Source of the DNA: Deltaproteobacteria bacterium
Lineage (GTDB): Bacteria > Myxococcota_A > Polyangia > Polyangiales > Ga0077539
Length of the DNA: 64,000 nt
Direction: 5' to 3'
Assembly (NCBI GenBank): GCA_030694465.1
Contig: JAUXYJ010000018.1
Location: 6,355 to 70,354, forward strand
Each line of letters opens with the position of its first letter. Position 1 is the stretch's first letter. Positions 1-7,321 of this stretch are shown here, piece after piece. A model generated the notes under the pieces. It worked only from the letters and a program-made list of their open reading frames with translations. It was not told the DNA's origin and did not search any database. The translations under genes were made by a program, and so were the position numbers.

Positions 1-2
1 GC

Positions 3-230
3 GCGCTCGAGGCCGAGCTCGCGGCGATGCACTGGCATCCCGAGGTGGGTGAGAGCGTGCGAGAGCTCGCGACAGGTCTCTGCGGCGTCGTCTGCGACGT
101 GCGGCAGACCGGCGACGATCTGGCGCTGGTGATTGTGGCAATCCAGGTCGGCAATTCACGCGCCGCAGATGCGTGGCGCGTGGTCGAGCGCCTCACCGCT
201 GAGCTCGAGCCCGACGAGACGGAGCCGTGA
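3..230 (+). CDS. 3' end of an unidentified ORF entering from upstream of the window
   Basis: The frame is open from nt 3, with no stop before the listed ATG at 27, and ends at TGA 228-230. No recognisable motif. High G+C, unlike the following 3.4 kb. Confidence 0.3.
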   Translation, partial: ALEAELAAMHWHPEVGESVRELATGLCGVVCDVRQTGDDLALVIVAIQVGNSRAADAWRVVERLTAELEPDETEP

Positions 231-304
231 TGCTGCTGGGGCTGATCATCGCCGCGGGGCTGGGGTGGCTCGATTGGGTGAGCGGGCTCAAGCGGCACGC
301 GTGA
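230..304 (+). CDS. possible 24-aa membrane peptide (MLLGLIIAAGLGWLDWVSGLKRHA)
   Basis: Read by hand and too short for the ORF track. Its ATG overlaps the upstream stop as TGATG (228-232). It has one hydrophobic helix followed by a basic tail. No SD seen. Confidence 0.15.
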   Translation: MLLGLIIAAGLGWLDWVSGLKRHA

Positions 305-366
305 AGTGCCCCGGCCTGCGAGGTGTCCACGAAATCCGAGGATCAGCAGTTGGGGCGGGCGGGGCT

Positions 367-810
367 CTACGTTGGCACGATCTCGACCCGCATTTTACGC
401 GCGAGCCAGTGCTTGAGTTCGAGTTTGGCCGCGGGACTCTTAGGCCTCCATGCCTCTTGGTTGGGACGATCCGACGTACGACGCGTGCGGACCTCCGCGT
501 GTGCGTTATCTTCGGTCAGACTGGGGGCATCAAGCGCAATCGCCTCGCACTCGCTGCCATTGCTCAATGTAATTGGCGGCGGGAGACAAGCAGGGCTAAC
601 GACGACCACTCCCGAGTCTGTGCGTCCGCGCGCTTGGCTCCGCTTGAGAGCCTCCGCCGCGGTCGCGCAGTACTTCTGGCGAAACATGGACATCCCCTGG
701 AGATCGACGGAAGTCTCACGAAGAAAATCGCCCAGAACGTCATCCAGAGTTACGGTTCGAAAGAGTCGTTCATCGTCTGGGATCGGCTCGTCAATCGCAC
801 GCATGCTCAT
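367..810 (-). CDS. hypothetical protein, 147 aa, third gene of the island operon
   Basis: Its start overlaps the stop of the upstream gene as ATGA (807-810). Low-G+C codon usage. No family recognised. A weak ordered R18 / S41 / E87-x-E89 pattern is present. Confidence 0.55.
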   Translation of the reverse strand: MSMRAIDEPIPDDERLFRTVTLDDVLGDFLRETSVDLQGMSMFRQKYCATAAEALKRSQARGRTDSGVVVVSPACLPPPITLSNGSECEAIALDAPSLTEDNAHAEVRTRRTSDRPNQEAWRPKSPAAKLELKHWLARKMRVEIVPT

Positions 811-2123
811 CGATCACCCTTAAGGAAATCAGTCATGCGCTGGAAATGGGCTTCTAGGGCGTCTGAGTCTCTCCGGTCAGAGGGTAGATCCCACGACTCG
901 CTTGTCCCGTCCGGCTTTGCGCAGAGCACACCAACACAACCCTCTAGGTCGCACAGGATGACGAGATAACGTCCAGCGGGGTTGCCTACATAGATGCCCA
1001 CGCCGTCGTCGGCATCAAGTTGGATAGACTCGATCTTGTCGAGGTCAAATAGCCAAAGCCGTTCGAGGATTCCTCGCGCCGAGCTGAAAGCTGAGGCCAT
1101 CGCTGGCGCACTTTCCTTGCCCGTCTCAATCGGGAACCTGCTCTCCAATTGTTCTAGCCGGTCGAACCAGCGATTGAATGGGCTAAGCGTGTGTTGTCGA
1201 TACGCATAGGACTCTTTCGTCTTGCCGAGTGCGGTCGCCTTCGCGATATTCACGTCGAGGGTCAGGGCTTTGCGAAACGTCTTACCGAGTGCATTGAGTT
1301 CGGCTTCTGAGAGGCTAGGCGAGACCTGCGTGACGCTCTTGTCGATGCGAGTGTCGCGGAGGTGTCGAAACCCAAGCGAGACGCTGCCGTTTACGTTCTG
1401 ATTGATGCTGCTGCCAATCACGCGCATCGCGGCGTCTTCGTGTGAGATAGTGGTCCTTGCTGTTGTTTTACGTGCATTCTCAACGCGCGCCCGGTTGAGG
1501 TCGACGCGCTGCTTTGCCGCCTCAATGCGCAGGGTCGCCTTCTCACGATCTAGCTCGTTGCAGAACTTTTTAAGTTTCGCGAGCACCTGATCACTGATCG
1601 TAGATGCTGCATCAAGGAAGTCTTCTTCGGATCTCGCGGCACCTTCGAGGAGACCATTTAGAATCGCAATGTCGTCACTGATCCCGGCGCCGGTCCCCGG
1701 CAACGAACTGTACACCTCTTCTAGCCTGAACCCGAAGCAGCCATGTGCGATTCCGGTAATTGTCAATCGTGTGACGTCGCGGAGCGGGGGAACTCGCTTG
1801 GACTTGTAGGCCGACATGCGGTCGGCATGGATGGAAGCGATAAGATCCTGGTAATCGCCCAATCGATCAGCAGCAAACTTCGCGTCGATGCTGTGATCGC
1901 CCAAGACGGGCTTCCCGCCAAACATGAGACTCACTTCGGCACGTTGGACCACTTGGGCGCCGGCCTGATGCCTGAGTGTTGTGATTTGCGCTGCGAACTC
2001 GTCGCGCTGTGACTCAAGACCGATCCGCTCGAGGACGTTGCCGTCCACTGGCAATTCTTCAAGCACGGCCTCGATCGCTTTGATATTGACTTGGAGTTGC
2101 TCCAGCCCTTCTCGTGTGTTCAT
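807..2123 (-). CDS. hypothetical protein, 438 aa, second gene of the island operon
   Basis: Long ORF in the low-G+C block, with ATGA overlaps at both ends (2120-2123 and 807-810). The N-terminus looks coiled-coil. I found no Walker A, HEPN or nuclease motif. Confidence 0.7.
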   Translation of the reverse strand: MNTREGLEQLQVNIKAIEAVLEELPVDGNVLERIGLESQRDEFAAQITTLRHQAGAQVVQRAEVSLMFGGKPVLGDHSIDAKFAADRLGDYQDLIASIHADRMSAYKSKRVPPLRDVTRLTITGIAHGCFGFRLEEVYSSLPGTGAGISDDIAILNGLLEGAARSEEDFLDAASTISDQVLAKLKKFCNELDREKATLRIEAAKQRVDLNRARVENARKTTARTTISHEDAAMRVIGSSINQNVNGSVSLGFRHLRDTRIDKSVTQVSPSLSEAELNALGKTFRKALTLDVNIAKATALGKTKESYAYRQHTLSPFNRWFDRLEQLESRFPIETGKESAPAMASAFSSARGILERLWLFDLDKIESIQLDADDGVGIYVGNPAGRYLVILCDLEGCVGVLCAKPDGTSESWDLPSDRRDSDALEAHFQRMTDFLKGDR

Positions 2124-2698
2124 CGCGAAGCCTCCGAGGGCTCAAGCACAGCCCACGCGGCTTGGTCATCATCCGAGGTGTCGAGCGGAACCTGGACGAA
2201 CCCCTTCCACACGCGATCGCGTCGATGGGAGAGCAACCCGAACCAGTATGCAGTCAGGCGGACCAAGATGCGGTTGTCTAAGGGCGAGAGGGAGACATAA
2301 AATGCATCACATCCGAACGATTTCTTTGTCTGTTGCCGATCGAACAGATCGAGGCGAGAGCGGACGAAAAGATCCCATGCAACACCGGAGAGACCATCCG
2401 GGGGAACGACATAACTGACAACGTCCAAGTCTCTCGGCTCACGTCCTTCGTGTGACTCGACGTCTTCTAGGAAACTGCCATCGAGCCACTGGAAGCCGTG
2501 GGTGATCTTAACGGCACGAAGGGCGCGACGAAGTTGGAGTAATCCACGGAGCATCCCTCGACGCGTCGGCGTCGTGGCAAATCGCGCGACAAATGCCGTG
2601 AGTGTGACTTGGTAGGGCGATCGGGCTTCGCCTGCGACGGGTGTGCCGGTGAACGGAGGCAGGACGCCATTGATGTCGAAGTCGGGGATGGAGCTCAT
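2120..2698 (-). CDS. minimal nucleotidyltransferase (MNT / Pol-beta fold)-like protein, possibly DUF6932-type, first gene of the island operon
   Basis: I start it at the internal ATG (2698, MSSIPDFDINGVLPP...). DGSF-x14-DLDVV fits the G-S...D-x-D nucleotidyltransferase pattern. The 49-aa upstream extension in the track (to 2845) is Arg-rich and unconvincing. The family name is from memory. Confidence 0.6.
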   Translation of the reverse strand: MSSIPDFDINGVLPPFTGTPVAGEARSPYQVTLTAFVARFATTPTRRGMLRGLLQLRRALRAVKITHGFQWLDGSFLEDVESHEGREPRDLDVVSYVVPPDGLSGVAWDLFVRSRLDLFDRQQTKKSFGCDAFYVSLSPLDNRILVRLTAYWFGLLSHRRDRVWKGFVQVPLDTSDDDQAAWAVLEPSEASR

Positions 2699-3140
2699 GG
2701 TGATCAGGCATTGGGTAGATCGCTCAGGCGGCTCATTATTAGAGGACCGTCTCCCAAGGATGTCATTTGCCAGAACCAGTGCCAGACGGCGATAAAAATA
2801 GAAATGGGGCCCGTTTAGTCCAGTGGGTAATCGCGACCGTCGCACGGCTCATGCGTCATGCTCCGTATCGGGGGGGGAGCGATCGTGAGGACCCTTTGAG
2901 ATCACAAGCAGCGTCCCTCCGTCGCCCACCAAGGTCACTCGGGATGTTTGATATCTTGATCGTGCCCGAGAGCGCGCCCTCACAGCGACATCGCGCGCGT
3001 CCAAACATTAGTGGTCATGCGCAAACGATCGCGTGGATCGAGCCCGCCACGCAAACGGCAGCGCACGGGCAGACGAATCATAATCCCACACGCCGTAGTT
3101 TGTCATTCCGCCAAGTCTGTGGCGTAGTGAAGCCGTTCTA

Positions 3141-3165
3141 GGTTCAAACCGAAAGGTGTTGAACC
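3141..3165 (+). other. stable hairpin with GAAA tetraloop (GGTTCAAACC-GAAA-GGTGTTGAACC)
   Basis: Hand-folded as 10 bp with one bulged G and a GNRA loop. It lies 70 nt upstream of the small ORF at 3236 and has no T-run after it. Confidence 0.4.
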
Positions 3166-3235
3166 CCGCCAGCACCTCTCTACTTGTCGTTCGTCCTGTG
3201 AAAACGGGGGGAATCTCAAGGAAAGGAGGAAAACA

Positions 3236-3316
3236 ATGCTCTATTGGGTACTGTTTGCTGTGCTGTCGATTCACGTCGGCGTGCTCCTTGCGGAGCGTGC
3301 CATGCGTGGGACCTAG
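3236..3316 (+). CDS. 26-aa hydrophobic peptide (MLYWVLFAVLSIHVGVLLAERAMRGT), type I toxin-like or small membrane protein
   Basis: GGAAAGGAGGA Shine-Dalgarno a few nt upstream of the ATG, far stronger than at most genes here. One TM helix plus a charged tail. TAG at 3314-3316 is followed by a terminator-like hairpin. Confidence 0.35.
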   Translation: MLYWVLFAVLSIHVGVLLAERAMRGT

Positions 3317-3322
3317 AACCTG

Positions 3323-3366
3323 AAGCCCGTTGCAACGCAAGTTACCGCGGGCTTTTGCTTTTTCTT
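3323..3366 (+). terminator. putative intrinsic terminator
   Basis: AAGCCCG (3323-3329) pairs with CGGGCTT (3348-3354). There is an inner AAC-GCAA-GTT stem-loop, and TTTTGCTTTTTCTT follows. Confidence 0.45.
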
Positions 3367-3676
3367 CGCGGCAAGCCGGATTGGCGTCACAGTCACCCTG
3401 GGCGACGTGCCTATCTTGATATTGGCCTCGTAAACCTCCACTGCGTGCGGCCGTCGAGTTGATCGAGGCCTTGGCGCGGCTGCTCTCTTGCCGCGAGGGG
3501 GCGCCGGATCTGTGGGTGTTGGGCAGGGTGAGGGCAGGGCGATACGCAGAGCTGCAGGGGAGATTGGACCGGTGTTGGTGCCTCAGCACGGCTCCGCCCC
3601 TACGTATCCACTACGCCTCGTACTCGTCGTGTCACAATGCCCTGGAAATCATCACGCAAAGCCGCCGTTGACATTG

Positions 3677-3724
3677 GGACTGAAAATCCTCGTGTCGGCG
3701 GTTCGATTCCGCCCCTGACCACCA
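3677..3724 (+). tRNA. truncated tRNA-Phe(GAA), 3' 48 nt only (att-like scar), not a functional gene
   Basis: Contains the anticodon loop CTGAAAA, variable GTGTC, T-arm GGCGG-TTCGATT-CCGCC, acceptor 3' strand CCTGACC, discriminator A and CCA. The upstream 28 nt lack the complementary GGTCAGG and any D-arm. Confidence 0.7.
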
Positions 3725-3817
3725 CAACACCCGGGGGCGTGTTGTTTGGGTAGGTTGCTCTGTGTGTCCACGCTTGATTGCGTCGCACACTCGTGGCTGG
3801 ATCACGGCTCGCGGGTC

Positions 3818-4675
3818 ATGACTTCCACACACCACGCTCCCAACAGCCCTTTGATCACCCTGCGCAATCGCAGGCCCGATCACCGCGCGTGGCAACAAAC
3901 CATCCACGAGCGATCACGCGTGTTCGCGCCCTACGCGACCGTGGCAGCGCCGCTGTTTGCTTTGAGCACGTGGCCCACGATGGACGAGCTCACCGTGAGT
4001 CTTCGCGCTCAGTGTCGCGCCGCGCAGCTCGAGCCCCACGCATTTGTGCGCCAGGTGTCCCAGCGTGGTCGAGTGCGAATGCTCAGCGAATCGTATGACG
4101 GATCCATTGTGACTCGTCGCGAGATCCCCACGCGCGATTCGCACTGGCACGACCTGATGAACGCGCTCGTGTGGATCGCGCTGCCGCAGACCAAGTGCGC
4201 GCTTCATACGCTCCAGTATGGGCTCTTGGCTGCTCGCGCCGAGCCCGATGGACGCATGGCGCCTGGCCCTCGGACCCCCGAGCACGACACGGTCGCGATG
4301 CTGGACGAGGGCGGCGTGATGGTGCTCTGTGCCGAATCACTCGTAGAGCCGCTCTGCCGGTCGCTCGCGGCGCTTGATCGCAGCGTGCTAGACGCCGCGC
4401 TGCGCGCAGAGAGCGCCGTGATGCTCGTGCTTGGTCACGGGATTTTAGAGTCTACGGTGCTCGCAGGGGCGCTGCCTGACACACACGCCCTCGCGTGGAT
4501 TTTGCCTGTGGAGTCTGTCTCTGCACACCAGAGCCTCCGGGGGGTGGACAAACGTCTGGCGTGCGCGCTGACGTCCAACGAGGCGCGCCCAACGCGTCGA
4601 GCGCGCCCCTCGGTGCTTCTCCAAGAACGATGGCTCCAGACACTCCCGGCGCACGCTTGGGCCGGACCGAGCTGA
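3818..4675 (+). CDS. DUF3025-like hypothetical protein
   Basis: The segment HWHDLMNALVWIALPQTKCAL resembles the conserved core I recall for DUF3025. G+C is at the host level. Start chosen at ATG 3818. Confidence 0.5.
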   Translation: MTSTHHAPNSPLITLRNRRPDHRAWQQTIHERSRVFAPYATVAAPLFALSTWPTMDELTVSLRAQCRAAQLEPHAFVRQVSQRGRVRMLSESYDGSIVTRREIPTRDSHWHDLMNALVWIALPQTKCALHTLQYGLLAARAEPDGRMAPGPRTPEHDTVAMLDEGGVMVLCAESLVEPLCRSLAALDRSVLDAALRAESAVMLVLGHGILESTVLAGALPDTHALAWILPVESVSAHQSLRGVDKRLACALTSNEARPTRRARPSVLLQERWLQTLPAHAWAGPS

Positions 4676-4753
4676 CGGACCCACGCGCAATAACAGCAAC
4701 CGACCCGTGAGGAGATCAGCGAAAACGCTGACCTTGAGTCGTAATCGGGCGTC

Positions 4754-5071
4754 TTGATCAACAGAATGGTTGTGGTCTTGCGGCTACATAGAATACCGTT
4801 TCGCTTTATGGGTGCTTCTATCCCCGACGATCCGACGCGCGACCTGAAACTTCAGCTCGCGGACGCCATGGCGCGCAAAGTCCGTGTGCGTTTGCAGGTC
4901 GGATCTCGGTCCGATCCCAACAGCACCATGCGCTCTTTCGAGGGCATCCCCATTGATTTTGTCCCCGCTGCGGATGGCCGAACACGCGTCGTGATTGAGA
5001 TCGCTGCGGGCGAGTCCGTGCAAATGGTCCTCATTGAGCGCATCGCGATGGTCACCGAAATTGACCCGTAA
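4754..5071 (+). CDS. hypothetical small protein
   Basis: ORF directly upstream of bpt. Alternative starts at 4766 or 4808. No motif recognised, and it is not ClpS-like. Confidence 0.4.
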   Translation: MINRMVVVLRLHRIPFRFMGASIPDDPTRDLKLQLADAMARKVRVRLQVGSRSDPNSTMRSFEGIPIDFVPAADGRTRVVIEIAAGESVQMVLIERIAMVTEIDP

Positions 5072-5095
5072 AATTGCAGGGTAATCTTCTCTCCC

Positions 5096-5908
5096 ATGGC
5101 GCGTCGTGCGGCGGGTAAGATCGACACGCTTATGGCGAGACTGCTTCGTACGCTGGTGCACCACTCAGATCCTTGTGCGTATCTCTCGGATCGCGCATCG
5201 GATCTTGAGGTCAAGCTCATGCTTGACGTGAACGCGGCCGAGCTCGAGCACTTGCTTGCGCGAGGTTGGCGGCGCTTTGGGCCTAGTTATTTTCGCCCCG
5301 TGTGTAGCCACTGTGCCGAGTGTGTTGGCATCCGTGTGGACGTGTCCGCCTGGCAGCTCACGCGCTCTCAAAAGCGCGTGCTCGCGCGCAACCGCGACCT
5401 CACGTGTGAGTTCGCTAACCCGAGCATCGACGCAAAGCGCTTGGCGCTCTATACGCGGTGGCACCAAGCCCGCGAGCACGCGCGCGGGTGGGAAGCCGCT
5501 CCGCTCAGCGCGCATGATTACGCGACCGAATTTGCATTCGCGCACCCAGCCGCGAGAGAGCTCACGATTTGGCTCGGCCAAGGGAGCGACCGCGAGTTGC
5601 TCGGTGTAGGCCTCTTTGACGAGCTCCCCAACGCGCTCAGCGCGGTGTATTTCTACTACGCGCCCGAACACGCTGAGCGCTCGCTGGGCGTGCTCAACGT
5701 GGTCTCACAGCTCCAGAGAGCGCAGGCCCAAATGCGAGCCCATGTCTACCTGGGCTATCGTGTCAAAGACTGCCCCTCGATGGCCTACAAGACGCGCTAT
5801 CAGCCCCACGAATTGCTGCGCTCTTCTTGTGATCTGCACGAGACGCCGCAGTGGATCCTCGCGAGTGAATGGTCTGAAAATTCTCAGTCCGTTGAGCGTC
5901 CGCGGTAG
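5096..5908 (+). CDS. bpt: arginyl/aspartate-glutamate leucyltransferase (Bpt, ATE family, N-end rule)
   Basis: CAYL...GWRRFG..YFRP.C..C..C N-terminal Cys motif and an ATE C-terminal domain (YYFYYAPE..SLG). Confidence 0.85.
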   Translation: MARRAAGKIDTLMARLLRTLVHHSDPCAYLSDRASDLEVKLMLDVNAAELEHLLARGWRRFGPSYFRPVCSHCAECVGIRVDVSAWQLTRSQKRVLARNRDLTCEFANPSIDAKRLALYTRWHQAREHARGWEAAPLSAHDYATEFAFAHPAARELTIWLGQGSDRELLGVGLFDELPNALSAVYFYYAPEHAERSLGVLNVVSQLQRAQAQMRAHVYLGYRVKDCPSMAYKTRYQPHELLRSSCDLHETPQWILASEWSENSQSVERPR

Positions 5909-7146
5909 ACAATCTGGAGCACCTGCCGAGCCACCGTCGAGGCTTTCACGCGCCACACTGGGTCGTTGGCCACCATCACCGCAAACGAGACGCGCGTGGT
6001 GCTGTCGTGCGCGTTGCCGACAAACCATGTGTACGCCCGATAGGGGGTGGCGGCGGTGAGCGTGCCGGTCTTTCCGCCGACGTCTACGCCCGGCAAAAAG
6101 GGGTGGCCGTGGGGGTCGCGAAACGCACGTGACGCGGTCCCTTCGGACACGCTAAACGCCATCATCCGCGTGAGCGCGGACGCTACGTCGTGGCTCACCG
6201 CGCGGCGCCACGCGCGAGGCGCTTCGTGCTGCGCGACCACGGCGCCTTGGGCGTCCTCGATGCGATCGATGATCCACGGGCGCTGCAGCTCGCCGCCTCG
6301 CGCGATGCCCTGCGCGATCACTGCGCCGTGCAACGGTGAGAGATGGCTATGCCAAAACCCAGCCGAGGCCCTCGCAAACTCGAGTCGATCGCTGGGCATA
6401 TCGATCTGCCCTGCGCTCACCGTGGCCTCAAACGGGACACTCTCGCCATAGCCCCAGCTGTGCGCCGCCGCCAAGAGCGCTGCTGGGCTCAAGCGCTCGA
6501 CCGATCGTCGCGCAAACACGGTGTTCGCGCTGCGCCCAAAGGCCTGCCCAAGCGAGACGCAGTCGCTGTCTCGGCGGGGATTAGGCTCGAGGTCTCGCAG
6601 GGACAACCGGTGCCAGCCGCCCGAAAAACAGGTCTCGGTCTCGACGGACATCCCGTTCGCAGCCAGCGCTCCGGCGGTCACGATTTTAAACACCGAAGCA
6701 GCCGGTGGGGCCGCGTCACGCGCGAGATCCGGCGCACCCGGCTCGCCGTGGGACGCGTACACCCGCACACGCCCCGTGTCGCTGTCGAGCACAACCACCG
6801 AGGCGCGCGGGAGCTGATGGGCCGCAAGGAGCGCGCTGACTCCGCGCTGCCAGGCTGGCTCAAGAGTGAGCACCGCGCGGCGATCCCCAGGCAGCTCCGA
6901 GACGTATCGGTCGCCAAGGCGTCGCGCGTGGCTTGGGTCAAACCCTGCCACGGGGCGCTCAATGCTGGTCACGCGAGGCGCCGGAGTCGCGCTCGCTGTG
7001 GCTCCGGTGCGAGCAGCCTCTTGCGCGAGGCGCGTGTCAGGAGAGCGGCGCTGCGCGTCCGCCACACGGCGGGCGAGCAACACTCCCGGAACAGCGCCCA
7101 GGAGCGCACAACTTACAGCGAGCAGCGATAGTCCACGACGGTGCAT
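5884..7146 (-). CDS. penicillin-binding protein, transpeptidase domain
   Basis: SxxK (ASVFK), SxN (SAN) and KTG (GKTGT) motifs, with an N-terminal signal/TM segment. Confidence 0.85.
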   Translation of the reverse strand: MHRRGLSLLAVSCALLGAVPGVLLARRVADAQRRSPDTRLAQEAARTGATASATPAPRVTSIERPVAGFDPSHARRLGDRYVSELPGDRRAVLTLEPAWQRGVSALLAAHQLPRASVVVLDSDTGRVRVYASHGEPGAPDLARDAAPPAASVFKIVTAGALAANGMSVETETCFSGGWHRLSLRDLEPNPRRDSDCVSLGQAFGRSANTVFARRSVERLSPAALLAAAHSWGYGESVPFEATVSAGQIDMPSDRLEFARASAGFWHSHLSPLHGAVIAQGIARGGELQRPWIIDRIEDAQGAVVAQHEAPRAWRRAVSHDVASALTRMMAFSVSEGTASRAFRDPHGHPFLPGVDVGGKTGTLTAATPYRAYTWFVGNAHDSTTRVSFAVMVANDPVWRVKASTVARQVLQIVYRGRSTD

Positions 7147-7321
7147 TTTTGGCCTCTGGTGACAACTCAGGGCGATAGCGGATCCCTTCCCTGTGGGTCA
7201 AATTCTGTACCAAATCCGAAGCTGCCCACAAGCGCGTCCCTGAGGGCTCTGCGGGAGGGCCTCGCGCACTTCGTCAAAAGTCTGCTGGAGTCTTGGTCTA
7301 TGGCTCTGTTAGTGTGGCCTC

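Larger units (their letters stand above)
1..3724. mobile_element. putative right-hand end of an integrated genomic island, or its remnant, at tRNA-Phe
   Basis: The tRNA 3' fragment sits at the right edge. G+C is lower from about 300 to 3700. The cargo is unrelated to the flanking housekeeping genes. No integrase lies in the window, and the left boundary is not visible because the first 300 nt are high G+C. Confidence 0.35.

Noticed and set aside
133-969. Plus-strand ORFs 133-969 (278 aa) and 323-823 (166 aa)
   Set aside because: They lie antisense to the coupled minus-strand genes, have Arg/Ser/Ala-rich low-complexity products and show no motifs.
2764-2788. Sigma-54-like promoter element on the minus strand (TGGCAC-TGGTTC-TGGCA) about 70-90 nt upstream of the island operon start
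   Set aside because: The spacing is GG-N11-GC, not the strict GG-N10-GC, and the -12 element is TGGC, not TTGC. A one-nt spacing error normally abolishes sigma-54 recognition. It is worth a look only if transcription start mapping points here.
2699-2845. 49-aa N-terminal extension of the nucleotidyltransferase-like ORF in the track
   Set aside because: The extension (MRRSRLPTGLNGPHFYFYRRLALVL...) is Arg-rich and does not look like real protein sequence. The recognisable family N-terminus begins at the internal Met (MSSIPDF).
3008-3589. 193-aa minus-strand ORF in the island non-coding stretch
   Set aside because: Its composition is Arg/His/Ser/Pro-rich and it has no motif. It overlaps the SD-preceded peptide gene, the hairpin and the terminator on the other strand.
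3649-3724. Possible intact 76-nt tRNA-Phe, or the 3' end of a tmRNA
   Set aside because: The 5' 28 nt (TCATCACGCAAAGCCGCCGTTGACATTG) cannot pair with the acceptor 3' strand CCTGACC, and no D-arm is present. tmRNA is unlikely because the fragment carries a Phe anticodon loop and the acceptor stem would lack the G3:U70 Ala identity pair. I call it a 48-nt fragment only.
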